Source: Lingula anatina (Eukaryota; Animalia; Brachiopoda). Taken from it: DNA of 64,000 nt. The notes below the pieces were generated by a model. The model made no database searches. It was not told the origin of the DNA and saw only the letters and a program-made list of their open reading frames with translations. Made by a program: the position numbers and the translations under genes. Below, one piece after another: positions 1-12,231 of the stretch (positions are counted from its first letter, which is position 1; each line of letters starts with the position of its first letter). The stretch covers positions 9,300,001 through 9,364,000 of the forward strand of contig CM120640.1 in NCBI GenBank assembly GCA_051362555.1, read 5' to 3'.

Positions 1-2835
1 TTCGTGATGATAACGTCACTAGCGCCTCCCGTCGTACTATGGCTGTTCTGCAGGTGAGTGCATTTTTCATGTGGTTTTTGTTCTGCTCCTCGGGAACAGT
101 CTTGTATAAACAGGCACGTAGGAAGCAAACTTGATTGACGTTCAACATACACTTTTACTTTTCTTCTTAAGGTTTTTACCAGAGAGTCCTCGTTGGCTTG
201 CTATGCACGGCAGGCTTGATGAGGCTAAGAAGACCATAGATGCCATTGCCAGAAGCAACAAGAAACCTGCCCCGGATATGATTATGTTGCAAAAGGCAAT
301 CGACGTGAGTACCCCCCTCCCCCCACTATTGTCTCCCAGAAGCCCCTCTGTCAATAATAAAATTGGACAAATGTCCTCGGTTCAATTTTAAAACAGCTAA
401 AAGGGACTTTGGTAAAGAGCGCCCCTCAACTGTGCATTTCACGGACACTAAATTTCTTTTTGAATCAATGGACCTCTTAACATTGAACTGGATAACCTGA
501 GTCAACGGGAAAATACAAATGCTTGTAATCGTGCTGAAGGCAAGCTTCAATATTTAATATCATGTCGAAGCATATTTGAATGCAGTTTACCTTAATGGTG
601 GCCAACCTCTTATGTATAATGGAAAAAGTTATAATTTTCTGACTGAAATTCATTTTTCAAATAGGAAGAAAAGCGCCGATCAGCTCACGAGAGCAAGTAC
701 AGTTTCTGGGATCTCTTCCGTACCCCTCTCCTGACACGGTATACACTGATACTGATGTTTGTGTGGTGAGTAAGTTATCGCAGAAGTAAATCTTTTTTTG
801 CAATATTTTGTTTTTAAATGTATCGCAGTAAACTTGTCTTTTATGGGGTCAGGAAAGTTTGCCCTTCTATGGTATTTATCAAATTGACCTTCATTTCATG
901 TCCTTTTTTGATGTAGGTTCGTTCAGGCAGCGATGTACTATGGGCTGTCTCTGAACGTAAGGAATCTCCCGGGAGACATCTACATCAATACCGTCCTTCT
1001 GACACTGGTGGACTGGCCAGCCACAGCCTCCACAGCCTATTTAAACAACAAGTAAACATGTTTACAAATTATGAAAAAATTATAGGACAGTTTGATGAAA
1101 AAAGGTAACCATTAGTTATAAATTCTTCGGAGCGGCCACTGGAAGTTTAAAGGACCGTTTAAAGTAATTTTTAAAATTCGATAAAAGGCGTTATATATAA
1201 TCTAATTCATTCCAGTAAAAAAATCTTTAAAAAGTATGGAGGGCCATTTGCCTTAAAAGTTTAATGAGGGAAAAAAGACAAGTAACTACAAATATTATTA
1301 TTTTTCTAGGATCGGTCGTCGCCCTACGATGTTTATGTTCATGTTAATCGGAGGACTTGCAGTCTTTTCAGTGATGTTTGTAGGAGTGGCCGGTACGGTT
1401 TTATAATTCGTCGCATCTTTTTGAAAACCATGTCCGTCTGTCTTTATGTAGCAATTGGTTATTTTTCCTGGAAATTTCAATGACTTATGCACACCATATA
1501 GCATATAGCATATTTACTTCTCATTTTCAGTCACTCTCGCAGTAGACATGAAGACTAGTGAATTTCAATTGCAACGGTTGAAAATGAATGTTATTACTTG
1601 AAAACGGATGTACAAATCATAATCTTCTCAACAGCTATGGATAGGATAAACTTATACATGTGCTTTGGTGATTAACTGAAAACTGTTCGCATTTCTGCAA
1701 AATTATTATTATTATTATTATCTGTAAAGTACTACCGCGCATTGTATGCCTTCAAACAGGGATGTTAGAATAGAATGGAATGTGAGGATTGCATGTTGTA
1801 AGAAAAAGGAAAGTCTTTAAATGTTTCCTCGCTCCTCTTTTAAAATATGAAAGGACAACACGCTGTCATTGCAGGTAAACTGGAAACCATGGGAACATTG
1901 GTCACTGTACTGGCTTTGCTGGGAAAACTGGGTGTGTCAGCCGCCTGGGTAGTTAGTTATCTCTATACTGCGGAGCTGTACCCTACGGTTGTAAGGTATG
2001 TATGAGAGAGAGAGACTGTGAGGTGAAAGAAACTGCCAGACAATCTTACCTTTACTGAGTTGAAAGTCAAACGTACTTTTTCGATTGAACTGGTTAAGTG
2101 ACCTTAGTGTATATTCACTTTCTCTTTTATCATCCTCTAGTAGGGTCACAGAGGGAATGTTAACTAGATATTAAAGGATGCTCCACTGGCTATCCACAAA
2201 CTGCACATTTCTATCCAGCAAGCTTTTTTGCACTACAGTTACGCAAGAAGTTGTAAAGTCTTTATAACTTCTTGAGTTACGTTATCACCCAGCTGGTTTC
2301 ATTATTGCTTATGCAACTGGATTTCAGGAGCATCGCCTGTGGTGCAGCTTCTATCTCAGGTAGAATAGGAGGAGTAGCAGCCCCACAGTTTGCCTACTTG
2401 GTATGTATGTTGCTGTGTTCATACCTCGGTGGGAAGAGAACTAATGTCGTTGCAAAATGGTCCATTTCACTTGTTTTTAAATTCAGGCAAATGCCGCAGG
2501 ATTGTAACATGGTGGCTTCCGTGGCATTCAATAAAACATTTTATTGTTAAAAACGAGATATTAACCTAAAAACATATTTGATTCTTTAGAGCTCTGTCGC
2601 CCTGGAATTACCTTTCATCATCTTTGGAAGTTTTGCACTGGCGGCTGCTTTTCTGGGACTTTTGTTACCAGAGACAAACAGACAAGCGCTCCTGGATGCT
2701 CTGCCAGACTGGGCGTGGTGTGGAAGACAGAACCGACATTCAGACCTCGATGATCAGAATCCAGATGACGTCATGAAGTACGGCGCCGTGGAAAACCACA
2801 ACGTGTCTAAGGGGAATGAAAACACTAGATTGTGA
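1..2835 (+). CDS. SLC22 family organic cation/anion transporter (MFS), 5' end outside window; paralog A
   Basis: Phase-consistent GT-AG exons: <1..53, 172..304, 665..765, 917..1051, 1310..1392, 1875..1995, 2328..2400, 2590..2835. They encode SLC22 signatures FLPESPRWL, YYGLSLN..LPGDIYIN, IGRRP, YTAELYPTVVR, GRIGGVAAP and LLPET. The protein ends ...GNENTRL*. Confidence 0.93.
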
Positions 2836-3540
2836 TGGCTTTATACATATATTCATCATACGGTATGCTTTGAAAATATATAGTAGACGACGGATCCTTG
2901 CGTGGAATGGTCAGAAAGAGCATCGCGGATGAAACAAAGTCCCTCTCGGAGAAGAAAAGTACGACACTGACACTGTTTATGCACTTGTTGTAAGCAATGG
3001 ATCTCTGCACTCTTATTATAATCAATATATAATGGATTTTTGCTTCACCTGCATCAGCTCAACTCCATCATCTGAACACGTCTGCCTCATGTATAGTTAT
3101 ATTTATATCTGCTACCCTCTACCAGGGTTGCAGAGAGATTTTCACCAAATTTTCCCGATTTTCTCAGGCTAAGTCATGTGCTCATTTTTGTCCAGCGAGA
3201 ATTTTTGCACAGCATTTAAGAAATGGCACAGCTGGTTACTGGTACAGAAAATTTATCTGCCCAATTCACGGGGCTTTACAATACAACTCTATATTTTCCA
3301 CTATAAAGTCAATATCAAGAAAGTATTTTATAAATTTTTTGTTATAATGGAAGTATTAGAAAATAAAGAACCTTTTAGAAATATTTTGTTACGGATAGAT
3401 TCATCCGTTCCTAGCCTCAGATTTATATGGAAGCTTTGCCTTTTATTTTGTATTTGTGTGAATCAAATAAATCGTGCGTTTTTTGCAAAAATGCTTTTTA
3501 TGAATACCAGAAGACAATATTTCTTGTCCTCACATCAGCA

Positions 3541-6500
3541 TTACGATATCTGCAAATTTAATTGATCGCCATCTTTTGTGGCTTCTCCAATTTGTGCCAG
3601 CTCCACGTGCCCTTCCCCTCTTCCGCAACATGACCATTCCGGTAACGCGTCCGGCAGAGGTCTATTCCTTGTTTCTGGTAGAGTGAGCAGGCCAAGGAAG
3701 GCCATCGCCAGGCACAAACCACCAAATACAATGTACGGCAGCTCCATAGAAATCGAATTCTGAAATCACGAAAAGGAACAAAGTTCTCATTGCATTGGGC
3801 GAGGAAAGGTCAATCTGTATATAAGCACTGAGATTGAGCGGTTGACTCTATGAATAAAAAGTGACAAAAGTATCTTACGATATCCTTGACGGGATGATCC
3901 TTACATGATCAGCAACCCGACTTCATAATATGACATGAAGACAAGTTTAAATATATGCATAGGTAAAAGAGTATAGACATACCAGTAATTGAAACTGTGG
4001 AGCTACGATTCCACCTATTCGCCCGGCTATCGATACCGTACCGAATGCTATGTTCCTAAAAAAATATATATTCTGCGTTACATTTAGTTTGGCTACATAA
4101 AACAGTGATCATTTCATACTTTAAATATTTTGCAAGTCCAATTCTAAACAGTTTTAAAGTAAACCAGTGTGTTAGAAAGACTAATCATTCGAATTAACGT
4201 TTTAATTATAACGTTAACGATCTGGAGGTAGTGCGTATAATGCTGCCAGAAAGTAACACCCACCTTATCACGGTGGGTGCGAGTTCTGCTGCATAAAGTG
4301 AACTAGCGATCCACGATGCCGCCACCCCCGCCTTGCCTACCAAAGCCAGTACTGTGACCAGCGTGCTCAGGCTTTCTTTTTGGCCTAAAATTATTGTGGA
4401 AAGGTTTAGTTTCATATTCAAATAAGAAATAATTGGGTATTCTGTGTCAAGTTACATTGAACATATCAGTCCCTGAGAGTAATCGTAACGTTTTCAGGTT
4501 TCCATTTTCCTGTTGAAATAGTTTTTCTTCAACAAATAAGGACTTTCATCATCCATTATAATATTCTGCCATACCTGAAATTGCGATGAACATCACAGAA
4601 AAAATAGCACATCCTCCCACGAGCATAAAACCAAAGTAGGTAATACGTCGCCCTACCCTAAAAGCAAATATAATACCCATTATTTAACAATTAAAAGCAT
4701 CTAATGCACATTTGACCTTTATGTAAAAACACAGCATTTGCAATTTTCCCCAACTTTTCCGAAGGTGACTCAAAATCTAAAACCTAAGAACTCACACATC
4801 ACAGTTTTGCGAACGGTTTTGCACACTTTGTCTAAAAGATTCCATTTTCTTATCTATGCATGTACATTATTTTGAGACTATATATCAAAATAATTGATAC
4901 GGTTTTTGACCCTTAATTCGTGTCAATCTATTAACATTTCGCTTTTGCACTCACCTATTATTTAAATAGAGTGTTGAAAGTGCTACCGGTAGATCCACCA
5001 CCGCAAGCAGCGCTGTGTTGGTATAAACGTTGCCAGGCATATTGTTTACGTTCAAAGACAGTCCGTAATATGTGGAAGACTGCACAAACCTAAGCGCAGT
5101 TAGAAATCAACCTAAATAACTTAACGTCGCATTTCGTACAAAGGTAGCAAAATCACCTAAAAATAACCAGTGAATAAGAAGAAGGTGACGAATTATGTAC
5201 CAGAAGGTCTAAAACAACCCCGGCTGTCATCTTCAGATCCCAACAAATTAGCTTAGCGCAAAGATACCCGAGGTTTTAGACTAGTAAACTGTATGAAAAG
5301 GGTATACTTACCAAATGAACATTAGAACCACGTTATAACGACTCAGCTGTGGTGTTCGAAACAAATCCCAAAAACTATATTGCCTCTCCTCGGCGGCTTG
5401 TTGCTTCTCTTCCTGACAAAATTTAACACATTGAATTAGCTAATAATATCGATGTATACAATTGAATTCTCTCACCGATATCAGTATATGCATTCTAGAC
5501 CTTTAAGACCTTATTCATAATTTTTATTACCACCACACTTGGAAGTATCTGTGTACCTCGACCGCTTTCTGTATTTGTGACATTTCCACTGGCTCCTTCT
5601 TGTTATTCTTTGCGATTGCGTCAAGTATGCATTTAGCTTCTTCAAGTCGGCCCTTCATTGCTAGCCATCGTGGACTTTCAGGCAGGAACCTTTAGAATAC
5701 GTTAATAAGCTTCCAATAGTTATTTAAAAACAAATATCGAGTTGCGTTATCAATATTTTTTACGGTTCAGGCCAACTCAAAAACCATCCTAACATGCCGA
5801 AGGAATAATATAAAGAAGAAAACCACGTCGTACAATATGTTATCGCTTGCGTATGCTCTTACCTTCATTTCGGCACTGAATGGTATTATGATTGTATTTT
5901 AAAGTATTTCTATTTTTGTGAGAATAACAATATTGTCAAAAGTCGGAAATTCTGACATAGCTAATTTAAAATACATTTACCCACAACCTAATTAATGTAG
6001 GAAAAAAGCAAGATGAAGCACATTTAGATATTTGTTAGTTTTGATTTAGACATTTAAATACCAAAAAACAGTAGCCTACATACATTAGTGTCACTGTGAT
6101 AACTTTAATTTACAAACTGACTTACCTAAAGAACGACCACGAGATCAAAGAAGGAGTAAGTGACGTGATGTACATGATAATTTTCCAGTCCCTGATGGTA
6201 TAGGCTAACAGGGTAAGGAGCAGCACCCCAACAACCCAGAGACCAATGGCGCCATTTAATGTACGCCATTTTGTTCCACAAAACTCCAAAGCCCATACGA
6301 AGTTCACAATAATCAATCCTAAAATCGTAAACACCTACTTTAATTCCTTTTTTCCACTAATCTTATTGAATATGGTATTGAATTGTTTAAAATGCGGCAT
6401 TGCTTGTGTATGCATCCACGTAGTGCTAATAGAAGAGGGGGGAGGGGTTGCTTCCCAAAAGATATGCCTGGAGAGTGTTTAGTGAAATGCGAGTATTTTT

Positions 6501-9170
6501 TTTCGGTATGTATGTCAAATAATGTACGCTGTGAACCTGAGCGATATATGCCAGAACACGTATAGCGTCTTACATGCAGTGTTTGTAAGATTACACAATC
6601 ATAATAAAACTCGTTGAAAGAAGAAAAAATTGTATCTCCACCCATGTAGTAGGACCTCTCTCTTTTTGCTGTTTGAAATTCCTTAGAAAATAATGGAAAG
6701 TTTTTTAACAGTTCTCCTCTAAAAGATCAGAATATACAAACTCACCGCCGCTGCACATAGCAGTGAAGAACCTCATGGCTCCAAACACCTGCCAACCCGG
6801 AGAGAATGTGCTAGAGAAGCTAATAATCCCACTCAGTGTGACAGCTGCATACCAAACAGGTTTGCGACCAAAGGAATCTGCGAGTTGGCTGATCACAAAT
6901 GCTCCTACGAGAAGTCCTGCCATCTGAAGCGTTGTGATGATAGAACTAACAAACTTCTGACCACATATCAAATCCCACTGAAATGATAACGTACCTACTT
7001 CAGTTCTAGATAACAACGTTTCGTGGTTTACAGCAGATCCGACTTATTCAATTAAAACTAAGGCAACTTTTGCAAGTTGACGCCTTTAAAGATTGTTGTG
7101 GTTAAGTTCCTAATTCCGTTCGTCTTTTTGTTTGTTTCTCATTATGGAAAGGTTGTGAAACGCTTCTGATGAAATTTTTCAGAACCTGTTGGGAATGGAC
7201 CAAGTAAGAAACGATAAGATTCAAAAACAAATTAATAGTTTATAGTTAGTTGTTTATATTTGGTCTGTCCATCTGTTAGCAAAAATTGGGGGGAATTTGG
7301 TGAAATTTTCAGGATAGGCCAGAAAAAGGCAAGATTTTGGAGATGATTTATTAACTATTACCAAATCGGTTAATTTTATAAAATAGTAATTAATTAGTTA
7401 ATTAGCATTAAATTAATCAATTACTTGGTTAATTGATTGGAAGTTAATCGAGATGAAAATTAATTTGCCTTGGCGGAGGTCCGCGTTCTGAGTGCTTTTA
7501 GTGCACGTACTTATGTTGTACTTAATGAATTTTGTTGAGTTGTTCAAGTTAGTAAAATCATTATGAAATATTCATTATGTGAATACTTATTCATAGGAAT
7601 AAGTAAAACAAAATTGCTTTTGGACATAATAAAGCTTTTAAATGGGTATTTATTATTACATGAAGCTTGGAAGGGAATCCAATTTATTTCATTATACTTT
7701 TCTTTGATATTACTTGCTTAAATTATTCATTCTTTATAAAAACATAAAGTGCAGTAAGCTACTAATGTGACAATATATTATTTAGAGTTCAATAAAAATA
7801 TCATTATTTCAATGATGATGATAATATTATGAAACCAATTTTTTCTAAAACCATATGCACAAACACCATGCCTGGGACCTACCTCAGACACAATAGAAGT
7901 GAAGTCTGAAACGTACTGTAAGCCAGAACACACTTCATTGTTATCTGTGCACGAGTCGTGCTGGAGCATTTCCTTCGCGTCACCAAAAGCTGTTTCATTG
8001 AAGGAATACATAATTAACGATTGTGTGCTGGAATCTGGAAGTAGGACATGCGTGGTTTCATTTGTCCAATTTGATGCAGGACACGTCCATCGTGGCGTCG
8101 CTCCGAAGAACACGGGTCCCATGATCGTTGTTGACGTGATAAAATCTCCAAAGTTAATCAGCATAAAGATTGCAAATTGTCGACGCCCAAATCCACCTTA
8201 AAATTCAAAGTGCAACATTTCCAAAGTAAATTGTAATCGAGGCATGAAATTGCACAAATACCATTACAACATAAATAAAACATTTGTAAACTCGTTTGTC
8301 TTCTCGCGAATTGGCTTTAGATACTGGGGGATACAGAAAATTCCCTATTTTATCCATATAAAATGCCATTTTGACCTGCCCTAGATACAACAAACCTGTA
8401 CAATTGGACAACGATTCAAAAAGCGTTATAACGTGATAGATACAATACGATTCGCCGAGCTGTATGTGAAATATTACGAGTGTAGTGTCGAACTGCAGGT
8501 GAGACAATACACAAGTAATTTTCACGTATGTCTCGGCGACGAGTGTTGTATCTGGCTGAAACCAACCAAGGTTTCTGATTGGCTAAATATTAAACTTGTG
8601 AGTAATGGGAGTGTAACAGACCGTGGAACGCACTCGTTCAAGTCGTGCCTGCCAGCCTTGGTTTAATATTATAAATAAATTTCTTGTTATAAAAAAACTG
8701 TCATCAAATATTTTATCCTCTTAGACATCATCTCTCTCCAATCTGTGGTTTGAACTTCAGCTTATCTTTTGCTTTTCTCTTATTAATGCTATTGAATGAA
8801 GTATCATTTTATTTGGAAGTTATCGCTATAATAAACATCACAGAACTATTTAGGCAACGTACACACGTTGAACTAAAACACCCATGGTCTCGAGTAGGAT
8901 ATAAAACTGTACTATACGAGTTCAAGACTACGATACACCAATCGCGATCAAATAAGGCAAACCTAACATTACCCGCCGCCCCCCCCCCCCCCCTGAGAGA
9001 ACTTGTATTTATACATTGTTACATAACTTATTAGCAACATACGTGAATACTATTCATATAGAACTTAACCCTTATAACAGACTTCCCCGTTACTCACCTA
9101 CTCTGTCAATGACGTGCTCAAATCGAGTGGGTTCCCCATACGTGTTGCCCGAATCGCTCGCCTGTTGCAT
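3541..9170 (-). CDS. SLC22 family transporter, complete, about 558 aa; paralog B
   Basis: Exons (minus): 9170..9098, 8196..7883, 6977..6746, 6318..6126, 5689..5557, 5412..5312, 5089..4955, 4657..4575, 4384..4264, 4055..3983, 3759..3541; total 1677 nt, in frame. Motifs: GGFGRRQ, TSIVSEWDLIC, LADSFGRKP, FLPESPRWL, AELAPTVIR, LPETRNRPLPD. Possible 5'UTR exon with a donor at 10379 and an acceptor at 9208. Confidence 0.93.
7110..7502 (+). mobile_element. Degenerate non-autonomous Helentron/DINE-1-like (HINE-type) element in an SLC22-B intron
   Basis: The 3' end CCTTGGCGGAGGTccgcgttcTGAGTGCttttAGT (7468..7502) and internal gtttgttt/ctgttagc/tgaaattttcag...agattttgg segments resemble, from memory, a widespread animal Helentron-associated repeat. 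The 5' boundary is uncertain. Confidence 0.5.
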
Positions 9171-11155
9171 TTTCACTTCTACTTTAATCCAAGATGAAAA
9201 AATGTTACTGAAAAGGACATTATCAGCTCACGGACCCGTATTTCTTTCAGCCCATAGTGATATTTGGGCTGTATTAGTGGTATATTACTCTGGTAAGCAT
9301 ATACATTATGTTTATGGAAACGCTCGTAGAATTTTAATTGTCTTATAACTACCTATTTCCATCCAATAAAGGTGACTTTCAAGCTCAATAAGAGGTAGGG
9401 TCAGTATGCACCAGATAAATATCGACGGTGACAAGAAAAGATTTTCTTGGCTTTCTTTCTTTCGCATCAAAACTCTCACTCGAGGTCTCTAAATATACGG
9501 TAGATAGATGTAGATGTAAAACCAAATGTGAATTGCCGTACATAATTGAAATTAAACAAATACCATATAAACTTTAGAGAAACATTTAAGGGCAATGTAA
9601 GCCTTTATTATCAAACCAAAATGAGGTTCTTCCTGCATCTTTTTATTCAATAATGAATTTTTCTCTGTGCTGATTTAAAACAAAAAAATCCCCTCGAAAT
9701 TATAAAATATCCGCGTTTATATTTTTCGTTGGAATGTATAAGCATAGGCAACTCAAAAGTTTAATCGTCAATTTCACACCTTTCTCATTTGAGGGGAGAT
9801 TGCAATCGGTGCGGGGCGTAACTTCATTCCTCAACAAGATTTTATAACGAAAATTTCCAGAGTTGACCACGAGTGTATGGACTACAATCCCGTGCCGTCA
9901 TTTTGGTTTAATGTTTTTGTTAGGAAGTTAGAAGCCCCTAATTACAGATTTTTATTAAAAGGGGCATTATTTTGCATTATCATCGATAAAATCTGAACAA
10001 AGACTTTTAAGAAAAATCGCTGGCAGGGTTTTGGAGTACTCCATAGTGTCATTAAATTGGCATTGGAACGGTGTTCGTGGATGCTCAGGTAAACGAGAAA
10101 TTTGAGAAACCGATTTTCAATTTTTACCCCAAAATCGCAATTATGACGTTACAGGTAAGATGACATGTGTATAAATATTAATTAATTTAGTCACTGACCT
10201 CTGAAGATTTATCTGTTACCCAAAAGAATGTATTTTAGGCAGTAAATAAGGATTTTTTGGCAACGGCTTACAATATACCTAAGGAATTTTACATAACTAT
10301 ATACATACTCTTACATCAATAACACCATTTTCCGTTTCTTCCTAAATAAAGATTATTGTCCATAGATTGGTCAACTTACCAGACCTGTTTAGACACTCTT
10401 TGTGTGGGCGTCGTTGTCCCGCCGCCTCTCGCTTAACTGCAGGTCGTTGTACATGAACCAGTTTTTAACCCAAGGTGTAAATGAAGGCGTCCTATTTTAG
10501 GCATTGTTAACAAAAAAGACGCGATCTCACTTGCATGACACTCGTTGTAAAAAAAAAATGCCAGTAGGTATATTTAAGTATAATGTCCATGCACAACTCC
10601 TCTGTAATGATGTTGATGTTGACACAAACAATATTATGTCTAGCAAACACAATAACACAGAATATAAATGCAGTGTTCGGGGGTGTATTTCAGGGGGTCT
10701 AGCGGAGTTTTAAATGCGTGCATGTTGTATTCAGACAAAGACAAATTACTAAACCTTTTCACTTTGTCCAAAATACCTGCGATTGGCACCTGTGCACACA
10801 AAAGCTGTATTTCCGCGTCTTCTAGAAATGCGAAGAAAAATAAGAAATTCGTATATCAGTAGACTTTATGAGCTTTCATTTCAATTTTTAAGGATTTAAC
10901 AGTTGACCGAATTGCAGGGGTACAGAAAACGTGATGAACATATATATACATAAATGCACCTTTATATATCTTTTGGCATCGAGTTCCAATTATATGTGAG
11001 ATATTTGAACAATTTTGGATCACCTCCTGCTACGCACCTCCTACTACGTGCAAATAAAGTAATGTTTGTGATGAACATTGTTATAAGTAGGCCTAACTAT
11101 AAACTGGTAGGCCTAATACACGGGGCAAAATGTACATGTAAACGACAGGGCAACG

Positions 11156-11188
<33 letters not shown>

Positions 11189-12231
11189 ATAAGTCCTTAC
11201 TTTCTTCGTTAGTAAGGACAAGTACTGTTTACATATCGGAGACATTTAACCACTGATTTATTTTTTGTCAAAACAGATAAAAACTTTTGGCTTTTAAGTT
11301 AAGGACAATCTTTCGACTTAATTCTATTTCAAAATTCAATTCATACTTATGCTCGGCCAGGTATCTTGTTAGACCTATGGTACGCGAAAGTAGTTATTAT
11401 ATTGATACATACAACAGAGTATAGCCGAGAATCGTACTTTAAGTTTTGGATACAGAGGCTTACAACTCTTTCATGTACATGTATTTTGTTCGTAATTTAA
11501 AGTTGAAAGTTACAATAAAATATCTTGAACCGCTAGATTTGTTATCTCTTTTTTTACATAATTTCTACATAATGAAATACATTCAACAAGTCTTGTATGT
11601 CATTTATTTAGCAATAAATTTCTCGTTATCACTTATGTTCCCAAACAAGGGGATATTTCTTTCTGCATATAAATGTAACCTCTAAGATAACTATTGGACA
11701 CAATGGCACAAAAAGCTCAACTTCTTTCGTTTCGCTTTTCAAAACATCTCAATTTTACAATAGCAATAACACAGTAGAAAAGAGTTTTCATCAGAAGTCT
11801 GAAGCTCAAGAAATATAATAATCCACTTAGAAGAAAAGTTTCAGCAAAATTTTCCAATTCGGAAAGATACTTTTTATTGTGAATGAGTACTTCAATGTTG
11901 AATGAAAACGACCGAGGTATCAAAAGTTGATACAAATGGGAGAAAAAAAGCACGCTTGCAAGGGCTGGATCGATTGAAAACTTCCACATTTTATGTTCTA
12001 CTTATTAGCCACGTACAACAACTTAGAAGATTTAGGGAAACAAATTATTTATGTGCAGTCCCGTGATCTAAATCACATTTTATACTTGTAAAATGGGTCG
12101 CAGTCCCTGGTAATTAAGACCTCAGTACTTAGCAGTACGTCACTGATGGCACTGTTTTTTTTTTCACTTGACTTCATTCCTTTTTTCCATGTCCTTATTT
12201 TCATGTTGCGGAATTAATTGTCGTTTGCAAA

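Noticed and set aside
9586-10360. Repeat-like sequence upstream of SLC22-B
   Set aside because: It looks transposon-derived, but I could not define termini, a TSD or coding remnants.
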